NCBI GenBank assembly: GCA_963771355.1
Contig: CAVYTA010000006.1
Location: 2,624,001 to 2,688,000, forward strand
DNA: 64,000 nucleotides
Direction of reading: 5' to 3'
Source: an uncultured Candidatus Rokubacteria bacterium
Lineage (GTDB): Bacteria; Methylomirabilota; Methylomirabilia; Rokubacteriales; CSP1-6
The position numbers and the translations under genes were made by a program. Positions 43,008 to 54,354 of the stretch are shown here, one piece after another (within the stretch, counting starts at the first letter, position 1; each line of letters begins with the position of its first letter). A model generated the notes under the pieces. The model did no database searches, had not been told where the DNA came from, and saw only the letters and a list, made by a program, of their open reading frames with translations.

Positions 43008-43023
43008 ATACCCTACGGGGGTA
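43008..43023. promoter_or_regulatory. CsoR-type operator
   Basis: ATACCCTACGGGGGTA pseudo-palindrome (TACC-N-GGTA with C/G tracts) about 30 bp upstream of the operon containing csoR and copA. Confidence 0.8.
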
Positions 43024-43072
43024 CTCTACCACCGGCGTCAAGCCGGCGGCGTCACGGGGCGCGCCCGGCGGG

Positions 43073-43429
43073 CTAGGCGGGAAGGTCGGGGAAGAGCGAG
43101 GGTTGCTCGGCGGAGCCGGGAGGCCGCCGGCGCGCCTTGGGCTTCGCGGCCTTGGCCGCCCGGACGGACGCGGCCGGTCGCTCGCGACGCCGCTTCACCC
43201 AGCCCTTCTGCCGGGCGATCTTGTCCCCCTGCTTGATGAGGAGAAGGTCGACCAGACGCGCCAGCGGATTGGTGAGCAGCTCGAGGTAACGCTCCCAGTA
43301 GCGGGGGCTGTAGGCGAGCGTCTTCATCTGCTCGGCGGCCAGGGTCAGGGCGGTGCGGTCCCCCTTGCGCGCGGCGAGCCGCAGCTGCTCGAGGATCTTG
43401 GCCCGGCTGATGCGGGACGGGCGCGTCAC
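43073..43429 (-). CDS. Hypothetical basic protein
   Basis: GTG start overlapping the metE-like stop; AYSPRYWERYLELL segment. Confidence 0.6.
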   Translation of the reverse strand: MTRPSRISRAKILEQLRLAARKGDRTALTLAAEQMKTLAYSPRYWERYLELLTNPLARLVDLLLIKQGDKIARQKGWVKRRRERPAASVRAAKAAKPKARRRPPGSAEQPSLFPDLPA

Positions 43430-44487
43430 GCCGCGCCGAGCTCGCGCCGCAGCGCGCGGGCGGCCTCGACCATGGAGCGGAGCTTGGCGAGGCCGACCCA
43501 GCGCGGCGTCTCCCACAGCCCGCAGTCGGGGACGAGCCAGAGGCGCTCGGGAGCGATGTGGCGGAGGGCGAGCCGAGCCCGCTCCACGATCTCCTCCGGG
43601 GTCTCCACGCGGAAGGCCTTGACGTCCACCACGCCCACCGCGACTTCCTTGTCGGACGGGAACTCGCCCCACAGCTCGATCTCACTCATCTCGCGATTCG
43701 CGTACTCGAAGACGAACTGGCTCACGTGAGCGTCGAGCACGCGCGGGTAGAGCGCGCGGTAGCGGCGGGGCGACGCGAAGGAGTTGTTGTGCGCGTTGCC
43801 GAAGCACACGTGCAGCGCGGTCTTGACCCGCACCCCGGCCAGGCTGGCGTTGAGCGCCTCCACCATCGGCCCCGCCTCGCCCTTCACCGTCCGGTGCTTC
43901 CCGGCCGCCATGACGTAGTTGGGCTCATCGATCTGGATGAAGTCGCAGCCGGCGGCCACCAGCGCCCGCACCTCCGCGCGGACGATCTCGATGAGGTCCG
44001 CGATGAGCGTGTCCTCGGAGGCGTACGGTCCCCCGCGGCGCAGCGGCATCAGGAGCGTGATGGGACCGGGCACGGCCACCCGCATCGGCCGCTCGGCATG
44101 AGCGCGCGCAAAGCGGAACTCGTCCACGATCCCGAGGCCCTGCGGGGCGGTGACGCGCTCCACCACGTCGTAGGGGCAGTGGCTGTCGTAGTTCGACGGC
44201 CCGATGCGGCGGGGAATGGGCAGGGCTCGAATGCCGGCCAGCCGGTCGTAGAAGCCGCGGATGAAGGTCACCCGGCGCATCTCGCCGTCCGAGATCACGT
44301 CGACCCCGGACTCCACCTGATCCCGCATCGCGATGCGGACGGCGTCGTCGTAGCACTCCTGCAGGTCCACCGGCCCCAGCCGGCCCGCCGCGGCCGCCTC
44401 GCGCACGAGGTGGAGCCAGGCGGGAAGCCCGTGGCTGCCGCAGACGGTGGTGGGGATGAGCGGCAGGGCGCCGGTGGTCATGGTCAC
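43426..44487 (-). CDS. Cobalamin-independent methionine synthase II family protein (single C-terminal domain)
   Basis: SDGEMRR, PGPIT, IQIDEP, HVCFGN, FEYA, PDCG zinc ligands. Confidence 0.88.
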   Translation of the reverse strand: MTMTTGALPLIPTTVCGSHGLPAWLHLVREAAAAGRLGPVDLQECYDDAVRIAMRDQVESGVDVISDGEMRRVTFIRGFYDRLAGIRALPIPRRIGPSNYDSHCPYDVVERVTAPQGLGIVDEFRFARAHAERPMRVAVPGPITLLMPLRRGGPYASEDTLIADLIEIVRAEVRALVAAGCDFIQIDEPNYVMAAGKHRTVKGEAGPMVEALNASLAGVRVKTALHVCFGNAHNNSFASPRRYRALYPRVLDAHVSQFVFEYANREMSEIELWGEFPSDKEVAVGVVDVKAFRVETPEEIVERARLALRHIAPERLWLVPDCGLWETPRWVGLAKLRSMVEAARALRRELGAA

Positions 44488-46013
44488 CTGAAGGTCACAT
44501 CGTACTCTTCGCGGTGATAGGACGGCATGCCCTGCACGGAGATCTTTCGGCCGATGAGGGCCCGGAGCCGCTCCAGCCCCTCGCGCTCCTCCCCCTCCAG
44601 ACGGTGGGCCACATCCGGGTGCGCGTGCACCAGGACTTCCTCGCCGGAGGCGTCGGCGGCCTGCGCCTGGATCTTCCGGAAGATCTCGGCGGCGAGGGTG
44701 GCGTCGGATTTCACGTGCCCGCTTCCCTTGCAGGTGGGACAGGAGGCGTAGAACACCGAGTGGAGGTCCTGACGCGCCCGCTTGCGCGTCATTTCCACGA
44801 TGCCCAGCTCGGAGATCTCCAGCACGTTGGTGCGCGCCTTGTCGTCGGCGAGTGCGTTCGTGAGCGCGCGCGAGACCTGCGCCCGGTGCTCGGCGCGCTC
44901 CATGTCGATGAAGTCGAGGATGATGATTCCGCCCAGATCGCGGAGCCGGATCTGGCGCACCGCCTCCGCCGCCGCTTCGAGATTGATCTTGAGCACCGTC
45001 TCCTCGAAGTCGCGCTTGCCCACGTACTTCCCGGTGTTCACGTCGATGGCCACCAGGGCCTCGGTATGGTCGATGACGATGTACCCGCCGGACTTCAGCC
45101 AGACGCGCCGGCGGAGCGCCTTGTCGATCTCCTTCTCGATCCCGGTGGAGTCGAAGATCGGTGCCTTGCCCACGTAGCGCTTCACCCGGGAGGCCAGCTG
45201 CGGCACCAGCGTGTTCGCGTACTGGAGGACCTTCTCGTACCCCTCCTCGGTGTCGACGAGGAACTCCTCGACCTCGGGCGAAAAGAGGTCGCGCACCACG
45301 CGGAAGGTGAGATCCATCTCCTCGTGGAGCAGGGCGGGCGCCTTGGCCGTCTCGAAGCGCTGCTGCACCTGGCTCCAGAGTCGGCTCAGGAACTGGATGT
45401 CGGCGATGAGCTCCTCCTCGCCCTTGCCCTCCGCGACTGTTCTAACAATGAATCCCCCCGTCGGCGGCCGCACCGCCTTGACGATGCCGCGCAGCCGCTC
45501 GCGCTCCGCTTCGTCGTGGATGCGGCGGGACACGCCGATGTGGCGCGACTGGGGCATGTAGACGATGTAGCGCCCGGGGATGGAGATGAAGGAGGTGATG
45601 CGGGCGCCCTTGGAGCCCAGCGATTCCTTGGAGACCTGGGCCAGGATCTCCTGGCCCTTGCGCAGCACCTCCTCGATGGGCGCATGCAAATGGGTGACGC
45701 GGGTCTCCACCTCGCCCTCGCCGAGGTCCACGTCGCGGGTGTCGTCCTCCTCGCCCGCCCCCGCCTGGTCATCTTCCTCGCCGAGGTTGGCGGTGTAGTC
45801 CCCGCCGTAGAGAAAGGCGTCCTTGCTCAGCCCGATCTCGACGAAGGCCGCCTGCATGCCGGGGAGGACGTTGGTGACCACGCCCTTGTAGATGCTTCCC
45901 ACGATGGAGCGGCGGCGGGCGCGCTCGACGTAGAGCTCGGTGAGCTGGTTATTGTCCTGCACGGCGAGACGGGTCTCCGTCACGCCTACGTTCACGACGA
46001 TCCGCTTTCCCAC
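44484..46013 (-). CDS. rng: Rne/Rng family ribonuclease (RNase G-size)
   Basis: VLPGMQAAFV, IDVNTG, RLRDLGGIIILDFIDM, EMTRKR, CPTCKG. Confidence 0.92.
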   Translation of the reverse strand: MGKRIVVNVGVTETRLAVQDNNQLTELYVERARRRSIVGSIYKGVVTNVLPGMQAAFVEIGLSKDAFLYGGDYTANLGEEDDQAGAGEEDDTRDVDLGEGEVETRVTHLHAPIEEVLRKGQEILAQVSKESLGSKGARITSFISIPGRYIVYMPQSRHIGVSRRIHDEAERERLRGIVKAVRPPTGGFIVRTVAEGKGEEELIADIQFLSRLWSQVQQRFETAKAPALLHEEMDLTFRVVRDLFSPEVEEFLVDTEEGYEKVLQYANTLVPQLASRVKRYVGKAPIFDSTGIEKEIDKALRRRVWLKSGGYIVIDHTEALVAIDVNTGKYVGKRDFEETVLKINLEAAAEAVRQIRLRDLGGIIILDFIDMERAEHRAQVSRALTNALADDKARTNVLEISELGIVEMTRKRARQDLHSVFYASCPTCKGSGHVKSDATLAAEIFRKIQAQAADASGEEVLVHAHPDVAHRLEGEEREGLERLRALIGRKISVQGMPSYHREEYDVTFR

Positions 46014-46059
46014 GGCAGCCCCCGACGGGCCCGGCGCGGCGCCGGCCCGGCTGTTCGGG

Positions 46060-47145
46060 TTACTGGAACTGCCGCATTCGAACCGAGAGGAGGAGCCCCA
46101 GAGCCATGAGGGACACCACCATGGACGATCCCCCGTAGCTCATGAACGGGAGCGGAATGCCGACCACCGGCAACAGCCCCGTCACCATGCCCAGGTTGAT
46201 CAGCGTCTGGGTGGCGAACAGCGCAGTGATGCCCAGGGCGACGATGCGTCCCCGAGGCTCACGGGCGCCCGCGGCGATCTCGAACCCCCGAAGCACCAGG
46301 AGCCCGTACGCCATGATCAGGACGAGACAGCCCGCGAAGCCCCACATCTCAGCGAACACGGCGAAAATAAAATCCGTATGCCGCTCCGGGAGGAAGGCGA
46401 GACGGCTCTGCGTCGCACCGCTGACCCCCTTGCCCAGGAGCTGGCCGGAACCGATGGCAATCTTTGCCTGGATCACATTGTACGCCGTTCCGAGCGGATC
46501 GCGGAACGGGTCGATGTACACGAGAAGACGCTCCCGCTGGTACTCCTTCAGGGCGAACCAGGCCACCGGCATGAAGGCCAGCCCGGCGGCGATGAGGGCG
46601 GCGAAGATCTTGAGCCGCATGCCCACCCCGATGAGCACGGCGGCCAGCACCGGCAGGAGCACCAGCGCGGTGCCGAGGTCGGGCTGCCGCACCACGAGGA
46701 TGAAGGGCACCCCCACCAGCGCGGCGGTGGCGATCAAGGCCCCACGCGAGAGCGGCCGGCCCCACCGCGAGGTGAGGGCCCACGCCAGCGTGAGCACGAA
46801 GATGATCTTGAACAGCTCCGACGGCTGCACGGTGAAGGGGCCGAGGTGTATCCAGCGGCGCGCGCCGGACACGGTCCGGCCCAGGATGAAGACGGTGAGC
46901 AGCAGGCCCACCCCGAACACGTAGAAGGCGGGCGCGGCCCGCACGAGGTTGCGGTAGTCGAGCGCCACCACGACGAGCAGCGCCACCGAGCCCACCCCCA
47001 CCCACACCAGCTGGCGGAAGGCGATGCCGCCGGTCGGCGAGAGGCTCCAGAGCGAGATGAAGCTCAGGCAGATGAGGACCAGCGCGGCGGTGAGCAGCGG
47101 CCAGTCGACGTTCTGGAGGAGGCGGCGGTCGATCCGGAGGATCAC
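46060..47145 (-). CDS. rodA: Rod shape-determining protein RodA
   Basis: GARRWI, QPSELFK, QPDLGT, IGSG, PERHTDFIF, PFMSYGGSS. Confidence 0.95.
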   Translation of the reverse strand: MILRIDRRLLQNVDWPLLTAALVLICLSFISLWSLSPTGGIAFRQLVWVGVGSVALLVVVALDYRNLVRAAPAFYVFGVGLLLTVFILGRTVSGARRWIHLGPFTVQPSELFKIIFVLTLAWALTSRWGRPLSRGALIATAALVGVPFILVVRQPDLGTALVLLPVLAAVLIGVGMRLKIFAALIAAGLAFMPVAWFALKEYQRERLLVYIDPFRDPLGTAYNVIQAKIAIGSGQLLGKGVSGATQSRLAFLPERHTDFIFAVFAEMWGFAGCLVLIMAYGLLVLRGFEIAAGAREPRGRIVALGITALFATQTLINLGMVTGLLPVVGIPLPFMSYGGSSMVVSLMALGLLLSVRMRQFQ

Positions 47146-48947
47146 GAACCCGTGCCCAGCACGGCCATGGCCACCTTCTCGAGGAAGATGGCCTGGTAGA
47201 TCTGGCGCGCGATGGGCGCGGCGACGGCTCCGCCGTGGCCCCCGCCCTCGACGAACACCACCACGACCACCTGCGGGTCGTTGACGGGAGCGAAGGAGGC
47301 GAACCAGGCGTGGTCCTGACCCTTGGCGCTGCTGCTGTTGGCGATGGTCTGGGCGGTGCCGGTCTTGCCCCCGATCTCGAGGCCGGGCAGCCGCGCCGCC
47401 ACGCCGGTGCCGACCGCGTCGTTGACCACCCCGGACATCGACTGACGCAGGAAGGCCCACACGACCGGCGACAGGTCCACCTGCCCGTTCATGCGGGTTG
47501 ACTCGGAGTAGGCGAGCTTGCCGTCGGGGCGTTCCACTCGTTGAATGAGCCGGGGTTTCCAGAGCACGCCCCCGTTGGCGATGGCCGCCGTCATGCGCGC
47601 GACCTGGATCGGCGTCACCAGCAGCGCCCCCTGGCCGATGGACATGTTCAGCGTGTCGCCGGAATGCCAGGGTCGCCCCCGTTCCTTGCGGCCCTCGGGG
47701 GACGGCACCAGCCCGGGCTTCTCGCCGGGCAGATCCACCCCGGTGGCATCGCCGAGCCCGAACGCGCGCGCGTAGCGGGCGATGGCCTCGGGCCCCACCT
47801 TGAGCCCGTACTGGTAGAAGAAGACGTCGCACGACTGGACCACCGCGCCGCGCAGGTCCACGTGGCCGTGACCACCCGGCTTCCAGTCCTTCCAGGTCCG
47901 CGTGCCGGACGTGTACTCGCCGTTGCAGTAGACCCGGTCCATCGGCGTGAGACTGCCTTCCTGCAGCCCCGCCGCCGTCACGATCATCTTGAACACCGAG
48001 CCCGGCGGGTACTGGCCCTGCAGCGAGCGATTGAGCAGCGGATGCGCGGGATCCTTCACCAGACGCACCCAGGCGTCCCGGTCGATGTTACCGGCGAAGG
48101 CGTCGAGGCCGAAAGCGGGACTCGAGGTCAGCGCGAGGATGTCGCCGCTTTTCGGGTCCATGACCACCACCGAGCCCGAGCGGCCGAACATCGCGCGCTC
48201 CGCCGCCTCCTGGATGCGGCGGTCCACCGTGGTGACGACCTGGGCTCCGGGCCGAGGCTCCTCGCGCTGCATCAGCTGGACCGATCGCCCGAAGGCGTCG
48301 ACTTCGATGCGCTCGCCTCCGTCACGGCCGCGGAGGTGCTCGTCGAGGAGACGCTCCAGCCCGGTCTGGCCGATCATGTCGCCGCGCCGGTAGCGGCCTT
48401 GCTTCATCTGCTCCTCGCTCACCTCCCGCACATAGCCGAGGACGTGCGCGGCGAAGGTGCTGGTGGGATACACGCGCTGCGGCTCCACCTCGACCACGAC
48501 CCCGGGGAGGTCCAGCTTGGACTCCTCCACCTTGGCCACGTCCTCGAGGGAGAGATTGCGGCGGATGCGCACCGGTCGGAGCGAGTCGGCGGACACCTTG
48601 GCGAGCGAGTCCTGCAGCTCGGCCAGCGGGATCTTGAGCATGACCGCGAGGCGGGCCAGCACGGAGTTGCGGTCCTCCATCTCGCGCGGGATGAACGAGA
48701 GCGTGAAGGCAGGGCGGTTGTCGACGAGGGCCAGACCATTCCGGTCGAAGAGGATCCCGCGGGGCGCCGCCACCGGCCGCACGCGAATGCGGTTCTTCTC
48801 CGACATGTCGCGGAACTTCGTGCCCTCGAGGACCTGGAGGTACCAGAGCTGACCCAGCAGCAATACGAAGCCCGCCGCCCCCATCACGGTGAGGGTGAGA
48901 ACGCGCTTGCTCCACGCGTCCCGCCGAGTCCCCGGTCCGCCCGCCAT
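47142..48947 (-). CDS. mrdA: Penicillin-binding protein 2
   Basis: APRGILFDRNG, PPGSVFK (SxxK), SCD, KTGTAQ. Confidence 0.95.
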   Translation of the reverse strand: MAGGPGTRRDAWSKRVLTLTVMGAAGFVLLLGQLWYLQVLEGTKFRDMSEKNRIRVRPVAAPRGILFDRNGLALVDNRPAFTLSFIPREMEDRNSVLARLAVMLKIPLAELQDSLAKVSADSLRPVRIRRNLSLEDVAKVEESKLDLPGVVVEVEPQRVYPTSTFAAHVLGYVREVSEEQMKQGRYRRGDMIGQTGLERLLDEHLRGRDGGERIEVDAFGRSVQLMQREEPRPGAQVVTTVDRRIQEAAERAMFGRSGSVVVMDPKSGDILALTSSPAFGLDAFAGNIDRDAWVRLVKDPAHPLLNRSLQGQYPPGSVFKMIVTAAGLQEGSLTPMDRVYCNGEYTSGTRTWKDWKPGGHGHVDLRGAVVQSCDVFFYQYGLKVGPEAIARYARAFGLGDATGVDLPGEKPGLVPSPEGRKERGRPWHSGDTLNMSIGQGALLVTPIQVARMTAAIANGGVLWKPRLIQRVERPDGKLAYSESTRMNGQVDLSPVVWAFLRQSMSGVVNDAVGTGVAARLPGLEIGGKTGTAQTIANSSSAKGQDHAWFASFAPVNDPQVVVVVFVEGGGHGGAVAAPIARQIYQAIFLEKVAMAVLGTGS

Positions 48948-48956
48948 CGCGCTGGC

Positions 48957-49463
48957 CTATCGTCTCCGCGGTGAGTGCCACTCGATCTGCGCGCGCACCG
49001 CTTCCGAGGCGGTCATCGCGAGCAGACAGGCGGCGCCGAGAACGCCGTTGTACAGCGCCTGCGGGAGGATCACGTCCACGAGCAGCGCGGGCAGGCTGGC
49101 CGGGTAGTGGAAGAGCTGCAGCAGACCGAAGCGCAGGAACCCTTCCGCCACCGTGAGGAGCACGAGCCCGGGCACCTGTACCAGCGGGTTGGCCACGGAG
49201 AGCCGGCCGCCCGCGAGCCCGAGGGTGAAGCCGGCGACCGCCTTGGTGAGGGCCTGGATGCCGACGAGGCCGCCCGCGCTCACGTCCTGGAGGAGCCCGG
49301 CGAAGAAGCCCGCCACGCAGCCGGCCTCCGGCCCGCGGCGCAGCGCCCAGAACACCGTCATCATGAAGGGCAGATCCGGCGTCGCCCCCGCCACCGAGAG
49401 CATCTGGACGACATTGGTCTGCGCCACGCTGCCGCCCAGGGTGAAGAGGAGGAGCCAGCGCAT
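48957..49463 (-). CDS. mreD: Rod shape-determining protein MreD
   Basis: PDL, GFFAGLLQD; lies between mreC and mrdA. Confidence 0.9.
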   Translation of the reverse strand: MRWLLLFTLGGSVAQTNVVQMLSVAGATPDLPFMMTVFWALRRGPEAGCVAGFFAGLLQDVSAGGLVGIQALTKAVAGFTLGLAGGRLSVANPLVQVPGLVLLTVAEGFLRFGLLQLFHYPASLPALLVDVILPQALYNGVLGAACLLAMTASEAVRAQIEWHSPRRR

Positions 49464-49464
49464 G

Positions 49465-50307
49465 CTAGCCGTCCTGCCGTGGGAACAGCGCGGCCAGATC
49501 CTGGCTGGTCTGGCCGGTGAGGAGCAGCACTTCCTCCACGCGCGCGAAGTCCACCACCGGGGCCAGCACCGCGAAGTGGAAGAGCGCCGAACCCTTGTCC
49601 TCGATCGCGATCACGCGCCCGACGGGCAGGCCCTTGGGGAAGACGTTTCCCTGCCCGGAGGTCACCACGGTGTCGCCGACCACGATGCCGGCGCCGTCAC
49701 GCGCCATGAACTTGAAGCGAACGGCCCCCCCGGGATCACCCTCCACTAGACCGGGAGTGCGCGTCCGCTGGACCATGGCGCCCACCGTCGAGGCGGGGTC
49801 GTTGAGCAGCTGCACCACCGAGGCGCCCGGCCGCACGCGGACCACCCGGCCCACCAGGCCGTCCGGCACGATCACCGGGGTCTGGGTGGCGATTCCCTCG
49901 CCGAGGCCACGGTTGACGGTGAGAGCGCGCACCCAGCCGCCGCCCTCCCGTCCGATCACCTCGCCGGTCATGGTCGTGATGGGCAGTCGCTCCCGCAGGC
50001 CGAGCAGGCGCCGGAGTCGGTCGTTCTCGTCGCGAGTCTCGGCGACCTGGAGGGAATGCACGCGGAGCCGCTCGTTCTCGGCGCGCAGCTCCGAATTCTC
50101 GCTCCACGACGCTCGCCACTCCCGGTAGCTCCCCCACAGTCCGACGGCGGTGCGATGGATCTTGGTGAGCACGACCTGGGCGGGAGTGGTGAGGATGGAC
50201 ACGAAGTCCGCGGCCCGCCCCGTCCCGCCCCCGCGCGTCTGCACGGTGAGGAGCACCAGGCAGACCAGGAGCACGCAGATGAGGAGACCATACCGTCGAA
50301 CTTTCAC
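49465..50307 (-). CDS. mreC: Rod shape-determining protein MreC
   Basis: ENDRLRRLL coiled coil, GLVGRV, VVTSG..FPKGLPVG. Confidence 0.93.
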   Translation of the reverse strand: MKVRRYGLLICVLLVCLVLLTVQTRGGGTGRAADFVSILTTPAQVVLTKIHRTAVGLWGSYREWRASWSENSELRAENERLRVHSLQVAETRDENDRLRRLLGLRERLPITTMTGEVIGREGGGWVRALTVNRGLGEGIATQTPVIVPDGLVGRVVRVRPGASVVQLLNDPASTVGAMVQRTRTPGLVEGDPGGAVRFKFMARDGAGIVVGDTVVTSGQGNVFPKGLPVGRVIAIEDKGSALFHFAVLAPVVDFARVEEVLLLTGQTSQDLAALFPRQDG

Positions 50308-50361
50308 CGAGGGTCACCCAGGAGGCGACCGGCCGCACGATGCGCTCCCGGGGAGCGGGTG

Positions 50362-51441
<1,080 letters not shown>

Positions 51442-51443
51442 TC

Positions 51444-51472
51444 AATCTAGCACTCGCCCAACTTTGGAACAA
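51444..51472 (-). promoter_or_regulatory. Candidate mre operon promoter
   Basis: TTGTTC-17nt-TAGATT with TG extension. Confidence 0.5.
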
Positions 51473-51678
51473 GAGAAACGTTTGCGATTTCAGGAAGATG
51501 GACGTCACTAACCCAACACTGTCCCCTGACATGTCAGCTTGGCGACACTCCGGGCGGCCCAGGCTACCCACGAAATCGGCGTTCTTTCCGGGGGTTAACC
51601 GAGGGAGGGACCAGCGGTTGTTTCCAGGTCAGCCGGTCGTGCGTCTGGGGGTCCAACGCCGCCCGGGGAGGGGGAGCC

Positions 51679-52224
51679 CTAGCGGGCGGGCAGGCCGGGC
51701 AGGATCTTGTCGCGATAGAGGCGTACGGCGTCCCGGATCACATGCTCCGCATCCACCCGCCCGCGGATGTGGTCGATGTCCACCGACTTGTCTTCCAGGA
51801 TTTTGTAGTCGAGGAAGAAACGCTGCATCTCCTTGAGGCGGTGCGGCGGCAGCTCGGACACGTCGCGGTAGTGTGCGTACTCCGGGTCGTCCACGTGGAT
51901 GGCGATGACCTTGTCGTCCTGGCCCTTGTCGTCCCGCATGGTGATCACGCCGATGGCCTTCGCGCGCAGGATGCAGAGCGGCACCACCGGTTCCTGGCCG
52001 AGGACGAGCACGTCGAGCGGATCGCCGTCGTCGCAGTAGGTCTGGGGGAGGAAGCCGTAGTTCGCGGGGTAGTGCACCGCGGAGTGCAGCACCCGGTCGA
52101 GCCAGAGCAGGCCGGTGACCTTGTCGAGCTCGTACTTGATCTTCGAGCCCTTGGGTATCTCGATGACGCAGCGGAAGTCCCGGGCGATGTCGTTCCCCAG
52201 AGCCACATCGTGCCAGGGATGCAT
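51679..52224 (-). CDS. ppa: Family I inorganic pyrophosphatase
   Basis: [33 protein letters not shown]. Confidence 0.96.
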   Translation of the reverse strand: MHPWHDVALGNDIARDFRCVIEIPKGSKIKYELDKVTGLLWLDRVLHSAVHYPANYGFLPQTYCDDGDPLDVLVLGQEPVVPLCILRAKAIGVITMRDDKGQDDKVIAIHVDDPEYAHYRDVSELPPHRLKEMQRFFLDYKILEDKSVDIDHIRGRVDAEHVIRDAVRLYRDKILPGLPAR

Positions 52225-52278
52225 GACGCCCCAGTGTGGCATGCGGTCCGAAGCTGTGCCAAGATGCGTCCCTTCGCG

Positions 52279-53310
52279 ATGGACGACTTCGAGATCTGGT
52301 TCGACAAGGGCGTCACCGACGGCCTGCCGGTGGTCCCGCCCACACGCGAGCGGGTGGAGCGCATGCTCGCGGGCACCCGGCGCGAGCGCAGCGCGCTGGC
52401 GGGGGAGATGCCGCCCAACTACGGCCGCGCCACCGTGGAGCGCGTCGCCGTCAATGCGGTGATGGCGGGGTGCCGACCCGACTATCTCCCGGTGGTGCTC
52501 GCGACGGTGGAAGCGGCCTGCGATCCCGCCTTCGCGCTACACGGCATGTCCACCTCCACCCACTTCTCGGCTCCCCTCATCGTGATCAATGGCCCGATCC
52601 GGGCGCGCCTCGGGGTCAATTGCTCCTTCGGGGTCTTCGGCCCCGGCTATCGCGCCAACGCCACCATCGGGCGGGCGCTGCGGCTGGCCATGATCAATAT
52701 CGGCGGGGCCAAGCCCGGCGAGACCTCCATGTCCACCTTCGGCCATCCCGGCCGCTACACCTACTGCATCGGCGAATACGAGGAGGCCAGCCCCTGGCCC
52801 CCGCTCGCGTTGGAGCGCGGCGTCGAGGCTGGACGCAGCGCGGTGACGCTCTTCGCGGGCGAGGCGCCCCACGGTATCTCCGACCATGCCAGCCGTACCG
52901 CCCGGGCGCTCGCCGGGTCCATAGGGTGGTCCATGGCCGGTCTCTGGAACATCAAGCACTTCCCGCTCTACTCCCACACCATGGTCGTGGTCGGGCCCGA
53001 GCACGCCCGCACCTTTGCCGACGACGGCTGGAGCAAGGAGGATCTCAAGCGGCACCTGCACGAGACGGTGCGCGTCCCGTATCGCACCCTCCTGCCGGAC
53101 GCCGACAACGGCGAGGGCACGAATCTCCGCTTCGCCAAGGGCCGGGAGCCGGCTCCGGACACGCTGGTCTCCAAGTTTCCCTCGGTGGCGGAGCTCCACG
53201 TGGTGGTCGCCGGCGGCACCGCCGGCCGCTTCTCGATGGCCATACCGGGCTGGCTGGGCACCAAGAACGGCTCCACCCCGGTCACGGTGGCCATCGATGA
53301 CGATCCTTGA
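52279..53310 (+). CDS. Conserved hypothetical protein ([10 protein letters not shown] family)
   Basis: [42 protein letters not shown]. Confidence 0.8.
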   Translation: MDDFEIWFDKGVTDGLPVVPPTRERVERMLAGTRRERSALAGEMPPNYGRATVERVAVNAVMAGCRPDYLPVVLATVEAACDPAFALHGMSTSTHFSAPLIVINGPIRARLGVNCSFGVFGPGYRANATIGRALRLAMINIGGAKPGETSMSTFGHPGRYTYCIGEYEEASPWPPLALERGVEAGRSAVTLFAGEAPHGISDHASRTARALAGSIGWSMAGLWNIKHFPLYSHTMVVVGPEHARTFADDGWSKEDLKRHLHETVRVPYRTLLPDADNGEGTNLRFAKGREPAPDTLVSKFPSVAELHVVVAGGTAGRFSMAIPGWLGTKNGSTPVTVAIDDDP

Positions 53311-53526
53311 CGGGGGAACCCGAATACGCTATGTTTCCAGCAGGTCGCAGGGTCACTCGGTAGCAACCGATTCGTAGCGAACAGCCGTCGCTAGGCTCGA
53401 GTTCAATGCCGCGGGGACCTCAGGTCCCGCGGCGTTTTTTGTTTGACCCTCCATTCCTGGAGGGAGCCCCCGCCATGGTGGCGGGGTAACACAGGGGCGA
53501 AGCCCCAGAAGAAAGAGGGAGTAGAA
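53307..53526 (+). promoter_or_regulatory. csp1 promoter and structured leader with an intrinsic terminator
   Basis: TTGACG-17-TATGTT; hairpin GCCGCGGG(G)ACC..GGTCCCGCGGC plus T-tract at 53407-53444; further hairpins. Confidence 0.75.
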
Positions 53527-53730
53527 ATGGCTCAGGGTACGGTCAAGTGGTTCAACGACGCGAAGGGGTTTGGCTTCATCTCCCAGGAGGGCGGCGAAGA
53601 CGTGTTCGTGCACTTCAGCGCCATCCAGGCCCAGGGCTTCAAGAGCCTGGCCGAGGGTGACAAGGTCGAGTTCGAGGTTACTCGCGGTCCCAAGGGACTG
53701 CAGGCGGCCAACGTTCGTCGCGCGTCGTAG
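53527..53730 (+). CDS. Cold-shock protein (CspA family)
   Basis: [24 protein letters not shown]. Confidence 0.97.
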   Translation: MAQGTVKWFNDAKGFGFISQEGGEDVFVHFSAIQAQGFKSLAEGDKVEFEVTRGPKGLQAANVRRAS

Positions 53731-53833
53731 GACCCTTCGATAGGGACCCAAAGGGTCCCCGAAACGGTCAGAACGGCCGGGTTCCCAAGGAGTTGGGGCC
53801 CCGGCCGTTTCCCTTTGAAGGCCAACAAGCTGC

Positions 53834-54059
53834 TTGACAGGCGGGCAGCCCGATTGTTAAGTTATGCGCGGTTCGCACCTGAAATGCCGCTTGACCTGTA
53901 CGTGAGCCAGCATCGCGAGTAGTCAGCGGAAGCGCCGAGAGGACCCCGGTCCTCCAGGCGCTTTTTTTGTTTTCCCCCGATCTTGGGGGTGCCCCGGCCA
54001 TGGTGGTTGGGGATCACGCGGGTGGCCCATCGCCGCTCAAGGAGAGAGGGAACCGAGGT
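53834..54059 (+). promoter_or_regulatory. csp2 promoter and structured leader with an intrinsic terminator
   Basis: TTGACA-18-TAAGTT; hairpin AGCGCC..GAGGACC..GGTCCTC..GGCGCT plus T-tract at 53931-53973. Confidence 0.75.
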
Positions 54060-54260
54060 ATGGCACAAGGTACGGTCAAGTGGTTCAACGACGCGAAGGG
54101 CTATGGCTTCATTCAGGTCGAGGGTGGCGAGGACGTCTTCGTGCATTACAGCGCCATCCAGGCCCAGGGCTTCAAGAGCCTGGCCGAGGGTGACAAGGTC
54201 GAGTTCGAGGTGACCAAGGGCCCCAAGGGGCTTCAAGCCTCGAACGTGCGGAAGGCGTAA
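54060..54260 (+). CDS. Cold-shock protein (CspA family)
   Basis: [24 protein letters not shown]. Confidence 0.97.
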   Translation: MAQGTVKWFNDAKGYGFIQVEGGEDVFVHYSAIQAQGFKSLAEGDKVEFEVTKGPKGLQASNVRKA

Positions 54261-54291
54261 CAACTACCAGACCCCAACTCAGAGACGACGA

Positions 54292-54326
54292 CGGCCCGCC
54301 GGGATGCCGGCGGGCTGTTTTATTTT
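54292..54326 (+). terminator. Rho-independent terminator after csp2
   Basis: GCCCGCCGG-GATG-CCGGCGGGC followed by TGTTTTATTTT. Confidence 0.8.
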
Positions 54327-54354
54327 CCAGTCATCCCGCCGGCCGGCGGTGGGC

